A stretch of DNA of 41,487 nt from Candidatus Woesearchaeota archaeon (GCA_018658955.1 JABIPM010000040.1:1-41487); one strand, 5' to 3'; positions 1 to 9,784 are shown, counted from the stretch's first letter. The notes: generated by a model not told the origin, from the letters alone. Program-made: numbers and translations.

Positions 1-152
1 AGAAACATTTTTCCTAGCTTTAAGCAATACGTGTAATAATTTAACAGTATCAGAACCAGCTATATTCTTAACAAGATCAATAATTATTTCTTCAGGAACT
101 TTCATCGTAGGAATTATAAAAATAGGAGTCTTATTTAAATATCTTACGGATT

Positions 153-1805
153 TTAACGTCCATCAAATAAATAATTGCCTAAATCTCGTAATTTTTCCAG
201 TTTTCCCCCTTCATAAATATCTTCCAGCTCCTCAAAATGAGATTTACAGCAATCCATATGATGTTTTTTTGCTAATTCTAACTTTTTTCCAGCAAATTTT
301 TCACTTAGGCTGCATAATCTTAGATTCTCTAAAATTCCTAAAATATGTCCATATTTCATAGATTTTTCAAAACTATCCACTATTCCAGAATCAAAAGCAT
401 TTTTACAATAAGTTTCTAATTGATTTTTTTTATCTTCAAATCCTTCAAAAACGTTCAAACAAGAATAATTATCAATTAATGTAATTGGATCCATGTAAGG
501 TAAACCTATTTTACTTTTTTCAAAATCAATTATACATGGGTCTCCTTTTCTATTCAAAACAATATTTCCTGGATGTAAATCTCCATGAACAATTGACTTC
601 CAACACTCTCTTGAATCAATGAATAAAAAGTTTAATTTTTCAACTATTGTATCGGAATATTTTTTATCTAATTTCTTCTTAAAATTCTGATTATCAAATA
701 AATTCATAGTGTCACTAATGGATTTATTAGATTTTAACTGCAATAATAATAAATTTTCAAGACTTGTTTTTATGATCTCTTTTCCTTCTTCATAATGTTT
801 TAAATCCAAATAATCTTTCAAATCAAAATTTCCTACATTTTTTGTAATGCTAAATACTTCTCCATCAACTTCTAGAAGCTTAATGGGCCTAACAAATTTA
901 TTTTTTGTATCTTCAAAAAAAGAATAAATAAATTCTGTTTTTATATAATCTTGAATTATTTCTTCAGAATTTTTTCCAGTCTTAAATATAAACAACCTAT
1001 TTGCTAAATCTGAGTCAGATAAATAAATTTCATTTGAACCCTTTTCCACTAAGCTTTTTTTACTTCTTTTAATCTTTTCAATAGCAGTTCTAAATACTTC
1101 TTCAGAACCTTCTATATTTTCATTTTCTAATATCTGCCCTAGAATGCAACAAGAATTCAAAACAGCCTCATCATTCCCTTTTTCAATATTTAATCTCAAT
1201 ACGTCTAAGGATTCATCTAATAATCCACCAATATAAAGTCGCACCCCATAATCTAAATTTTTCTCAAAATCAACAGTACCAGCCCTTTCAATTCTGTTTA
1301 TTCTAAGTTTAGCTAAAGTTTTGTAACTTAATTTTTCAATAGCAGAGATGGAATAATTGAATTGCCGGGATTCATCTAAAAGTTCAATCAGCCCTTCCAA
1401 ATTTTGATTGTAATGGTTTTCTAAAGTTTTTTCAGCATATTTTTTCTCAAAATATTTGTCTTCAGGAATATCTTGAATATGTTTTTGAATGTAGTCAATA
1501 TTATCTTCAAAAGTATCTTTTCCTCTTAAAAGTTTAAAACCCTCTCTCAAATTTTCTAAGAATCTATTTGGTTTTATTGTGTCAAATAAGTTCATGGTAC
1601 TGAGATTAGTAGTGGCTACCTGATATGTGAGGGCTCCAAAAACAAATCCTAGTGGCCAAGAATCTTGCGAATAACCAATAAAACATCCAATTGCAGTAGA
1701 AGGTAATACAGAAATAATTCTTTTTATTCTATTTTTTTTATTCTCTTTTAAAATTAATTCCGAACTTTTTTCATATTCGTTTCTCTCTTTTTCAATAAGA
1801 TCCAT
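153..1805 (-). CDS. Membrane-anchored protein with C-terminal aminoglycoside phosphotransferase (APH)/kinase-like domain
   Basis: Catalytic loop HGDLHPGN, metal-binding IIDFE and N-lobe FIFKT; two hydrophobic segments near the N-terminus (aa ~30-65); helical middle region. Confidence 0.75.
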   Translation of the reverse strand: MDLIEKERNEYEKSSELILKENKKNRIKRIISVLPSTAIGCFIGYSQDSWPLGFVFGALTYQVATTNLSTMNLFDTIKPNRFLENLREGFKLLRGKDTFEDNIDYIQKHIQDIPEDKYFEKKYAEKTLENHYNQNLEGLIELLDESRQFNYSISAIEKLSYKTLAKLRINRIERAGTVDFEKNLDYGVRLYIGGLLDESLDVLRLNIEKGNDEAVLNSCCILGQILENENIEGSEEVFRTAIEKIKRSKKSLVEKGSNEIYLSDSDLANRLFIFKTGKNSEEIIQDYIKTEFIYSFFEDTKNKFVRPIKLLEVDGEVFSITKNVGNFDLKDYLDLKHYEEGKEIIKTSLENLLLLQLKSNKSISDTMNLFDNQNFKKKLDKKYSDTIVEKLNFLFIDSRECWKSIVHGDLHPGNIVLNRKGDPCIIDFEKSKIGLPYMDPITLIDNYSCLNVFEGFEDKKNQLETYCKNAFDSGIVDSFEKSMKYGHILGILENLRLCSLSEKFAGKKLELAKKHHMDCCKSHFEELEDIYEGGKLEKLRDLGNYLFDGR

Positions 1806-1813
1806 GAGTATGA

Positions 1814-3031
1814 TTAAAATTTAGTTAAAACAAAAAATAATGCCGCACCTACAACACCGACGATTAAGCCAAATACAAAAGGCCAAGGAGTTTCTTTGGG
1901 TTCATCTTTCTTTTCTTCTTTTTCAGTTTCTTCTTCTTGTTCTTCATCAGAGTTATCAGTTTCTAATACTTCTTCCTCTTCCTCTTCCTCTTCAGTTCCA
2001 TTAGGTGTTTGGTCCCATCCATCACACACTCCATCACCATCAGAATCTAAATCGCAACCGTCAACTTCAACAATACATCCAGGAACATGGTCTATTGGAC
2101 AAACATCTACATCATCATTAACTCCATCACCATCAGAATCTAAAGGGGCATCTACAGGTTCTTCCTTAACATTTAGTTTAAATTCAAAAATTTCTCCATG
2201 TAACCCACCATCAATTTCACCAGTTAATTCTAATCTAATATTATACTTAGCAACATCGTAATCACTCAAGTCCAATGTTAATTCTCTAGCAACTCCTACT
2301 TCTTCACCAAGCACATCATCCTCTCCGGTAGATGCCTCTTCTCCATAACTCCTATCGTCTACAAATAAAATAATTTGGATATCATTATCTTCAAACTTAA
2401 AACTATCATTGGAAAAAGTATTCTTATAACTTACAATAATTTCTACATCGTCACCAACATAAGCATCCACCGTATTTCCATCACTAATATTATCTGCATC
2501 CTCTCCATCAACCTCTACCTGGACCTTATTACTATAAAATTCTAAATTATTTTCAACTTGAACTGTCACAGGAAATATTTCAGAAACTCCAAATGTCTGA
2601 ATTGTCATGTTTGTAATATTGTTTGCAGTTCCACTAATATTAATTTCTCCCACATTCCACGCAACTTCTTTAAACTCAGAATCAATAGCGTCTATGCCTT
2701 TAGGGATAGTAAGTTCTACAGAAGTAGCATTTGAGGATGAATTTAAGATAGATTCTCCATTAAATGGAAAAACAAATCCAAAATTAAAGCTGCCAAAAGA
2801 ACCATTACTTACAAAATTAAAATCCAAGTTTTCAATACTATAATTAACATAACTATTACTAAGTGTTAAAATTTCATTATCTCCAACAGTATGTTCAAAA
2901 TTATCTCCTCCAAAAGCAAGAGTAGTAACGTTAGCACTAAAACTAGCAACACCAAAAGAAACTAGCAATATTAAGAATAAACTCGAAAGAATAATTAACC
3001 TATTTTTCAATAAAGCCTTTCTAAGTATCAT
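1814..3031 (-). CDS. Cell-surface protein with thrombospondin type-3-like Ca-binding repeats and C-terminal membrane anchor
   Basis: N-terminal signal peptide; DSDGDGVNDDVDVCP and DSDGDGVCDGWDQTP repeats; poly-Glu linker; C-terminal TM helix PWPFVFGLIVGVVGAALFFVL. Confidence 0.75.
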   Translation of the reverse strand: MILRKALLKNRLIILSSLFLILLVSFGVASFSANVTTLAFGGDNFEHTVGDNEILTLSNSYVNYSIENLDFNFVSNGSFGSFNFGFVFPFNGESILNSSSNATSVELTIPKGIDAIDSEFKEVAWNVGEINISGTANNITNMTIQTFGVSEIFPVTVQVENNLEFYSNKVQVEVDGEDADNISDGNTVDAYVGDDVEIIVSYKNTFSNDSFKFEDNDIQIILFVDDRSYGEEASTGEDDVLGEEVGVARELTLDLSDYDVAKYNIRLELTGEIDGGLHGEIFEFKLNVKEEPVDAPLDSDGDGVNDDVDVCPIDHVPGCIVEVDGCDLDSDGDGVCDGWDQTPNGTEEEEEEEEVLETDNSDEEQEEETEKEEKKDEPKETPWPFVFGLIVGVVGAALFFVLTKF

Positions 3032-3116
3032 ATTATCATACTCCCAAAAACCTACTTTTTAAAGTTTCCCAGTACTCACCCTAAGGTTTATAAACAATAT
3101 TCAGAAACTTATAAAC

Positions 3117-4961
3117 ATGCCAATTGCAGAAAATTCTCAATCTCCAGAAATGGATAAAAAGACCAAAGAAGAGATTTTAAAGAAAGTAGAAAAAATGAAG
3201 GCAAAGGTAGAATCCTTCAAAAAGAAACTTCTTACAAAAAATAAAAAAGATATTTTGGGAATGTCAGTATTACCTCCAGAAAGATTTGAAGACGCAGTAA
3301 ACAGGTTAAAATCAGAGAAGTTAGATGAAAAACAATTAAGAAAGAAAATTGAAGAAGAAAAACAAAAAATAAACATTCTAATTTTACTAGATGATCAAGA
3401 ATTAAAATCTCCTAAGGAAAGATACAATTTAATAAAAAAAGTAGAAGAAACATCAATCAAAGTTGCAGAATCAGTTGATAAATTAATAAGACCTCAAGCA
3501 ATGTTAATGTCTGAAGTAAGAGAAGCATGTTATGATGGAAAATCCGAAGTTCTAAGATTATTAACAACTAGTGTGCATATTCATGACCCCAAAGATGTTT
3601 TAGGGGCAATTAAAGTTAGTGAAATTCACAAATCCATGGTTCTAAGAAAATTCGAAAAGTACATTGTTTCTTATATTGCAGTTGGAAGTGTGTTTAGGGG
3701 AGATGCATCGAGTCATGATATTGATGTAGCAATAATTATTGACGATACAGACGTTAAAAGAATGAGTCGTGGAGAATTAAAAGAAAAACTTTCAAGCATT
3801 ATTCGTTCAATGGGATTCGAAGCAAGCGATATTGCACAAGTAAAGAAAATATTTCATATTCAAGTGTACATTTTAACAGATTTCTGGGATGGAATAAGGG
3901 ATGCAACACCCGTATTCTTTACATTCCTAAGAGATGGAATTCCTTTATACGACAGAGGAGTATTCATGCCTCAAAAATTATTATTAAAAATGGGTAAAAT
4001 CAAACCAAGTCCGGAAGCAATTGAAATGCATATGGATGTGGGTGGAAGATTAATTGAACGATCAAAAGGAAAACTCCTAAGCATTGTTGCAGAGGATCTA
4101 TACTATGCAGCGTTAAATCCTTCACAATCAGCACTTATGCTTCAAGGTTATCCTCCTTCAACACCAAGAGAAACAATGAGGTTAATGGATGAAATTTTCG
4201 TAAAAAAAGAAAAATTAATGACTTCTAAAGATGTTGAAGCATTAAAGAACGCATTTAAGATTTACAAAGAAATCGAACATGGAAAATTAAAAGAAATTTC
4301 TGGAAAAGAAATAGACAGATTAACAAAAGAAGTTTCAGATTATTTTAATAAAATAAAAGTTATTGTAAAGAAACTAGAAAAGAAAGCAGTAAGAGCGACT
4401 GCAAGTAATTTATTAGAGGCCCTAACTGAAGCATTAGTCAACTTAATGAGCTTAGAAAATCTTTCAACAAATAAAGCAGACTTAACTAAAAACTTTTCAA
4501 AATTAGTTACTAAGGGACATTTCAATAAAAGAGAAAAAGAATTATTAACAAACACTTTAGAATTAACAAAGAAAGCTTCTTCAAAAGAAGAACTTGAAAA
4601 ATTAAGAAGGGAGTCCTCACAACTATTAAGAAAGATTCAAAGACATGCTCAAACCGAAAGAGGAAAAGAAATAGGCAGGGCAAAGATTAGAGTAAAATAC
4701 GGGGATCAATTTGGAGATATTTATTTACTAGATAAAGAAATTTACATGGTGGGAGATATAGACTCTCAAACAAAAGTAGTTTCAAAAGCAAGGATGCTTC
4801 CTTCAGGAAACTTAGGTACAGTAAAACCTTCAAGTATGGAAGAATTAGATAAAATATTAACCACTGCCAAAATCCCTCCAAGGGTATTCATTAAAGAGGC
4901 ATTATTCGAGGATTTAAAGAAGATTTTTGGTAAAGATGTAGAAGTATTAATCACATCTTAA
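3117..4961 (+). CDS. Pol-beta/MNT-type nucleotidyltransferase fused to a HEPN-like helical domain
   Basis: GSVFRGDASSHDIDVAIIIDD (GS..DxD) motif; HEPN-like EDLYYAALNPSQSALML...YKEIEH; degenerate NTase-like copy at the N-terminus; TATA-like TTTATAAA ~30 nt upstream. Confidence 0.7.
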   Translation: MPIAENSQSPEMDKKTKEEILKKVEKMKAKVESFKKKLLTKNKKDILGMSVLPPERFEDAVNRLKSEKLDEKQLRKKIEEEKQKINILILLDDQELKSPKERYNLIKKVEETSIKVAESVDKLIRPQAMLMSEVREACYDGKSEVLRLLTTSVHIHDPKDVLGAIKVSEIHKSMVLRKFEKYIVSYIAVGSVFRGDASSHDIDVAIIIDDTDVKRMSRGELKEKLSSIIRSMGFEASDIAQVKKIFHIQVYILTDFWDGIRDATPVFFTFLRDGIPLYDRGVFMPQKLLLKMGKIKPSPEAIEMHMDVGGRLIERSKGKLLSIVAEDLYYAALNPSQSALMLQGYPPSTPRETMRLMDEIFVKKEKLMTSKDVEALKNAFKIYKEIEHGKLKEISGKEIDRLTKEVSDYFNKIKVIVKKLEKKAVRATASNLLEALTEALVNLMSLENLSTNKADLTKNFSKLVTKGHFNKREKELLTNTLELTKKASSKEELEKLRRESSQLLRKIQRHAQTERGKEIGRAKIRVKYGDQFGDIYLLDKEIYMVGDIDSQTKVVSKARMLPSGNLGTVKPSSMEELDKILTTAKIPPRVFIKEALFEDLKKIFGKDVEVLITS

Positions 4962-5002
4962 GTCAAAAAGCTTAAAAACAGAAATTCTATAAAAAAGACA
5001 CG

Positions 5003-5260
5003 ATGGAAGCACAAATATCTAATTTTAGACTAGGAAGACACACAAAGTCCAATAATCACATGATTTTGATAGTTCCTGGTGTAGATAGCAAAGAACAGGC
5101 AGATGCAATGAAAGACAAAGTAGTTGTCTGGAAATCAAGTGCAGGTAAGGAAATCAAAGGCATAGTAGCTTCAGCACATGGAAATAATGGTGCAATCAGA
5201 GTAATATTCGAAACAGGGATGCCTGGTCAAGCAATTGGCACAAAAGTGGAGATCCAATAA
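5003..5260 (+). CDS. rpl35ae: 50S ribosomal protein L35Ae (eL33)
   Basis: NFRLGRHT...GIVASAHGNNGAIRVIFETGMPGQAIG matches eL33. Confidence 0.93.
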   Translation: MEAQISNFRLGRHTKSNNHMILIVPGVDSKEQADAMKDKVVVWKSSAGKEIKGIVASAHGNNGAIRVIFETGMPGQAIGTKVEIQ

Positions 5261-5266
5261 TTAAAA

Positions 5267-5791
5267 ATGGCAACATTAAGAAGAGGACATTGTAGTTCCC
5301 CAGTAAAAAGGGCTTATACTAGAAAATCTAAATATAGAAGAAAGAATTACATCAGATCAGTTCCAACTAACAAGGTAATCAGATATGACATGGGTGAAAA
5401 GTCTAAAGGGTTTCCTTACAAAGTAGAAATTAAAGTAAAGGCGCCAATTCAAATTAGACACAACGCATTAGAAAGTTGTAGACAGATTATTAACAGGCAC
5501 TTAGCAAGATTAATTGGAACAGATTATTATCTTAAATTAAATGTTTATCCTCATCAAATAATCAGAGAGAATAAAATGCTTTCAGGTGCAGGATCCGATC
5601 GTTTGCAGACAGGAATGCAGCGTTCTTTTGGTACTCCTACAGGTGTAGCAGCTAGACTAAAAAAGAATCAAACTATCTTTTCAGTAAAAGTAACAAAAGA
5701 AAATATTAACCATGCAAAGACAGCATTAAAGAAATCAACACCAAGAATGCCAGGTCAATTTTCAATTACTTTTGCAGAAATTAAAAAATAA
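5267..5791 (+). CDS. rpl10e: 50S ribosomal protein L10e (uL16)
   Basis: AYTRK, QIRHNALESCR and YPHQIIRENKMLSGAGSDRLQTGMQRSFG are archaeal L10e signatures. Confidence 0.95.
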   Translation: MATLRRGHCSSPVKRAYTRKSKYRRKNYIRSVPTNKVIRYDMGEKSKGFPYKVEIKVKAPIQIRHNALESCRQIINRHLARLIGTDYYLKLNVYPHQIIRENKMLSGAGSDRLQTGMQRSFGTPTGVAARLKKNQTIFSVKVTKENINHAKTALKKSTPRMPGQFSITFAEIKK

Positions 5792-5848
5792 TTTTTTATA
5801 TTTTAATTGTTTACTAGAAATTTCTCTATGTAAAAGTTTTACAAAGAT

Positions 5849-5938
5849 TTAACAAAATTCACAAACGTTATCAGATTTGGTAATTTTGGGTTTACCTTTC
5901 TTTTTCTGTTTTTTCTTAAAAATATCAAAGATTCCCAT
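5849..5938 (-). CDS. Small basic peptide (29 aa) ending in CEFC
   Basis: Manually translated MGIFDIFKKKQKKKGKPKITKSDNVCEFC*; TATA-like TTTAAATA ~25 nt upstream; too short for the ORF track. Confidence 0.5.
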   Translation of the reverse strand: MGIFDIFKKKQKKKGKPKITKSDNVCEFC

Positions 5939-6050
5939 ATCTAAAAAAAGTGATTTTTCTATATTTAAACCTTTCTTGAAAATGATTCACCAACAAGTAA
6001 TGATATACTCTTAAATAAATTAACAACTTCAAATGATCAATGAACGTAAT

Positions 6051-6186
6051 CAGTAGTAGGCCAAGTTATAGAACAACACTTACTACTGTGAAGAATATTT
6101 CTATTAAATTCAATTAACCTGGCTCAAGTCTTTGATTGTTTTCAACATCAATTGGTTTGGGCCTTACTTCTAAGACATAATTAGAG
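6051..6186 (+). ncRNA. Candidate structured RNA / 5' leader with three hairpins
   Basis: Stem 6051-6060/6079-6088; long stem 6121-6140/6144-6163 with three G-U pairs; stem 6169-6173/6181-6185; lies in a ~290-nt gap with no long ORF, after a TATA-like element. Confidence 0.35.
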
Positions 6187-6227
6187 TTATCTAAATTAAC
6201 AGAACTATCAATGGAGGAAAATATAAA

Positions 6228-6476
6228 ATGGTTCAACAAATGGATGCAGGATTAGTTCCTGATAGGGTACAGAGGCCTTGTAGATTATGCATGGCGGAGC
6301 AGGCACATTACAGGATGGGAGAAGTAGAAGCAGACGAATTGGGATTATTAAGTGCCGAATTCCAATGTATGGGTTGTATGGAAATTGTTCCAGTAGCCGT
6401 AGGTAGGGAGGAGTTTAGACATGAAGAAATTTATATCAGATCAATCAATAACTCCAAAATCATAACATCTTTTTGA
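6228..6476 (+). CDS. Small Zn-ribbon-like protein
   Basis: CRLC...CMGC pair; strong GGAGG ribosome-binding site upstream of the ATG. Confidence 0.6.
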   Translation: MVQQMDAGLVPDRVQRPCRLCMAEQAHYRMGEVEADELGLLSAEFQCMGCMEIVPVAVGREEFRHEEIYIRSINNSKIITSF

Positions 6477-6729
6477 TGACATCTGGATATTCGGGAAAGT
6501 GCTTGGCAATTATCATAATGTCAAATTCACTTAGTATGGACTCTTTTGGTTCTCTCTCCAATAAAAATTCAAAAGACTTCTCAACTAATAATTCTTTACT
6601 GCACATCTTATCACTTAGCATTTGCCAATCTTGTTCATGAACCAAAATAATGTGTTCAGTAGTTTCACCATTCTGCTGTATTCTAACTAAAAATTCATCT
6701 TCGTTTTTTCTCTCAACAATGATCTCCAT
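6460..6729 (-). CDS. Conserved hypothetical protein (SFEFLLEREPKESIL family)
   Basis: Motif LLVEKSFEFLLEREPKESILSEFD...FPEY recognised as a widespread small prokaryotic family; immediately follows the M42 gene. Confidence 0.75.
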   Translation of the reverse strand: MEIIVERKNEDEFLVRIQQNGETTEHIILVHEQDWQMLSDKMCSKELLVEKSFEFLLEREPKESILSEFDIMIIAKHFPEYPDVIKKML

Positions 6730-6730
6730 T

Positions 6731-7753
6731 TTACAAACAAATCCTTGGAGGATTTTTTAAAAGAAGTTCAATTAATTTTATTGCATCTTTAATATCTTGT
6801 TTATGTGCAACACTTGTAGTTGTATGTATATTTCTAACAGGAACACCCACAACACCGCAAGGTAATCCTCCTTTAGAAACTGCAACATTTAATGCATCCG
6901 TTGTTCCAAAATCACTAACATCTGGTTGGAATGGAATTTTGTTTTTTCTTGCAATATCAAATAACCATTTATTTATGCATCGAGTAGTCATCATTTCACC
7001 ATCCTTAACAACAATTACTGGGCCTTTGCCTAAACACTTTACTGCACCGCCTATTTTTCCATCTCCAGATTCAGTGACATCTACAACAATTGCATAGTCT
7101 GGATCAATTGAATAAACAGAAGTTTTAGCACCAAATAGTCCAATCTCTTCTTGAACAGTAAACACGTAATACATGTTTCCCTTAGATTTTTTTAATTTTT
7201 TAGCTAATTCAATTAACATATAACAGCCAACTCTATCGTCTAGAGCTTTACCAGAAACAAAGTTTCCACCTTCTCCAAGTTCTAAATAATCTTTTACAAT
7301 GTAAACATAATCTCCAGGAATAACTCCTGCCTTATCCACTTCTTCTCTAGTCATACCTACATCAACATATAAGTTTCCCATCCCAGGCAATTCTTCAAGC
7401 TCATGACTATCTTGAATATCTCGTGTAGTGATCAATCCTTCAAGTTTCTTACCTTTACTGGTAATCAGTTGAACATTTTCACCAAGCAAAGTAATCGGTT
7501 CTAATCCTCCAATTGCAGAAATAAATATCTTACCTTGACTATCGACTTCTCCAACCATTAATCCTACTTCGTCCATGTGAGCTGCAAGCATTACAGAAAC
7601 TCCTTTTCCTTTCTGTCTAGCAATTAGGTTTCCATACTTATCAGTATACATCTCATCAACATATGGTTTAAGCTCTTTTTTGATTATGGCTCTAACTACT
7701 GATTCATTTCCACTAGGGCCTTGCGCCTCACTAAGTTTTTTTAGAAGATTCAT
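6731..7753 (-). CDS. M42 family (TET-like) metallo-aminopeptidase
   Basis: AAHMDEVG, GKALDDRVG, TVQEEIG, VDVT, GTTDA and RNIHT metal-binding motifs. Confidence 0.93.
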   Translation of the reverse strand: MNLLKKLSEAQGPSGNESVVRAIIKKELKPYVDEMYTDKYGNLIARQKGKGVSVMLAAHMDEVGLMVGEVDSQGKIFISAIGGLEPITLLGENVQLITSKGKKLEGLITTRDIQDSHELEELPGMGNLYVDVGMTREEVDKAGVIPGDYVYIVKDYLELGEGGNFVSGKALDDRVGCYMLIELAKKLKKSKGNMYYVFTVQEEIGLFGAKTSVYSIDPDYAIVVDVTESGDGKIGGAVKCLGKGPVIVVKDGEMMTTRCINKWLFDIARKNKIPFQPDVSDFGTTDALNVAVSKGGLPCGVVGVPVRNIHTTTSVAHKQDIKDAIKLIELLLKNPPRICL

Positions 7754-7857
7754 ACTTCACCTCTCTACAATTTAAATCCTTCAGTTTATTTAAATCCTTT
7801 CTTTATAAATATCTTAAACAAAGGCATATAAATCACTTATTTCTACTCAATTGTGAA

Positions 7858-9663
7858 ATGGCAAGAAGAATAGCAATCATAGAACAGGACAAGTGTCACC
7901 CAGATAAATGTGGCAACTTACTTTGTGCCAGACTGTGTCCTGTAAACAGAAAGGGAGAGGATTGTATTTCTAAAAACACACTAACAAAAAAGGCAATGAT
8001 TGATGAAAAACAATGTTCTGGGTGCGGAATTTGTCCAAAAAGATGCCCTTTCGAAGCAATTCATATTATCAATCTGCCAGAAAAATTAGAGGGAGAACCA
8101 ATTCACAGATTTGGAAGAAACTCATTTGAATTATTTAATCTTCCAACAATTAAACCAGGTTCAGTGGTTGGGTTAATCGGTAGAAATGGAATTGGAAAGT
8201 CAACAGCATTTGAAGTTTTAGCAGGAAACATAACACCTAACAATGGAAATTATGACACTGAACTAACAGAAGAAAATATCAAATTACTAAAAGAAAGTAT
8301 TTTACAAAAATATTCAAATTCACAAATTGGAGAATATTTCACCAAAGTTTTTGATAAGAAAATAACAATTTCTTACAAACCACAAAGAATAGAACTACTT
8401 CCAAAATTATTTTCTGGAAAAGTTATCGATCTATTAGAAAAAGTTGATGAAAAAGGAAAAGTAAATGAAATGATGGACCTTTTAGAATTAACGCAAGTAA
8501 AAGATAATAATATCTCTGATCTTTCTGGAGGAGAACTACAAAAAGTAGCAATCATTGCAACAGCATTAAAGAAAGCAGATGTTTATTATTTTGACGAACC
8601 TTCTTCATTCTTAGACATAACATCAAGAGTTAAGATGGCAAAGTTAATTCAGTCATTAAAAGAAGATAATTCAGCAGTTATGGTCATTGAACACGATATT
8701 GCAACTTTAGATTATATTTCGGATGAAATTCAAATAGTCTATGGTGAAAGGGCTTGTTATGGAGTTACATCCATCTCTAAAGGAGTAAGAAAGGGTATTA
8801 ATGACTATTTAGAAGGATATTTGCCTGAAGATAATGTACGTTTTAGGGATTATCAGATTAAATTTTCAAGATCGATTGCAGAACTAAAAGAAGATGCTCA
8901 AACTCTAGTTTCTTACAAAAACCTAAAAAAATCTTTTGAAAATTTCAAAATGAATGCCGAAGGCGGAGAAATAAAACGTGGAGAAGTTTTAGCAATTATG
9001 GGTTCAAACGGATTGGGTAAATCTACATTTGTAAAAATGATCACCAATCAATTAAAAGCAGATGAAGGTGAAATAGAAAGGGAAGCAGAAATGAAAATTT
9101 CTTACAAACCACAATATCCTGAACCAGAAGATATAGTAGTAGAAGATTATCTTAAACATCATGCAGGAAAGGAAATGCAATCTGGATGGTATGAACAAAA
9201 TATCTTAGAAAAATTAAATATCAAATCAATTCTAAAAAGTAATTTAAGAAATCTGTCCGGAGGAGAACTACAAAAAGTATTTGTTGCAGGATGTCTTTCT
9301 GGAGATTCAGATTTAATTGTACTAGATGAACCTTCAGCATTTATTGATATCGAAGATAGAATAAACATTGCAGAAGTAATTAAAGAATTTACAAGAAAAA
9401 AAGAAATTGCCTGCGTAGTAGTGGATCACGATGTTCAATTTATAGAATATCTTGGAGATAAAATGCTAGTCTTCGAAGGAATTCCTGGAAAAGAAGGTTC
9501 AGTTTATGGTCCATGTCCAAAAGAAGAAGGAATGAACCGAGTTCTAAAGATGTTAGAAATAACTTATAGAAAAGATAAGGATACTAACAGAGCAAGAATT
9601 AACAAACCTAATTCTCAATTAGATAAAGAACAAAGATCTACTGGAAATTATTATTACATTTAA
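7858..9663 (+). CDS. rli1: Ribosome-recycling ATPase ABCE1/Rli1
   Basis: N-terminal twin 4Fe-4S Cys cluster (C..CARLCP, CSGCGICPKRCP); two ABC domains with GRNGIGKST/GSNGLGKST and LSGGELQ. Confidence 0.97.
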   Translation: MARRIAIIEQDKCHPDKCGNLLCARLCPVNRKGEDCISKNTLTKKAMIDEKQCSGCGICPKRCPFEAIHIINLPEKLEGEPIHRFGRNSFELFNLPTIKPGSVVGLIGRNGIGKSTAFEVLAGNITPNNGNYDTELTEENIKLLKESILQKYSNSQIGEYFTKVFDKKITISYKPQRIELLPKLFSGKVIDLLEKVDEKGKVNEMMDLLELTQVKDNNISDLSGGELQKVAIIATALKKADVYYFDEPSSFLDITSRVKMAKLIQSLKEDNSAVMVIEHDIATLDYISDEIQIVYGERACYGVTSISKGVRKGINDYLEGYLPEDNVRFRDYQIKFSRSIAELKEDAQTLVSYKNLKKSFENFKMNAEGGEIKRGEVLAIMGSNGLGKSTFVKMITNQLKADEGEIEREAEMKISYKPQYPEPEDIVVEDYLKHHAGKEMQSGWYEQNILEKLNIKSILKSNLRNLSGGELQKVFVAGCLSGDSDLIVLDEPSAFIDIEDRINIAEVIKEFTRKKEIACVVVDHDVQFIEYLGDKMLVFEGIPGKEGSVYGPCPKEEGMNRVLKMLEITYRKDKDTNRARINKPNSQLDKEQRSTGNYYYI

Positions 9664-9702
9664 TCAAATAGTTTAAAACATATATACCAATTCTATCAAA
9701 TC

Positions 9703-9710
9703 TTTATAAA
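9703..9710 (+). promoter_or_regulatory. Archaeal TATA box of the nrdR-nrdJ-dut operon
   Basis: TTTATAAA in the intergenic region, 27 nt before NrdR box 1. Confidence 0.55.
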
Positions 9711-9736
9711 TAATTAAATACTTATTAATTCTCAAC

Positions 9737-9784
9737 ACACAAGATATAGTGGTTCATACAAGAAAAACACACTATCTCTGGTAT
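9737..9784 (+). promoter_or_regulatory. Tandem NrdR boxes
   Basis: ACACAAGATATAGTGG (9737-9752) and ACACTATCTCTGGTAT (9769-9784) fit the acaCwAtATaTwGtg consensus; starts are 32 bp apart, directly upstream of nrdR. Confidence 0.85.

Noticed and set aside
1896..2261. Ser-rich 121-aa + strand ORF and the many similar antisense ORFs in the track
   Set aside because: They are shadows of well-supported genes on the opposite strand, with no motifs or RBS
6040..6227. Possible SRP RNA, RNase P RNA or C/D-box sRNA
   Set aside because: No SRP helix-8 motif, no RNase P conserved regions and no clean C/D box pair; kept only as an unclassified structured candidate
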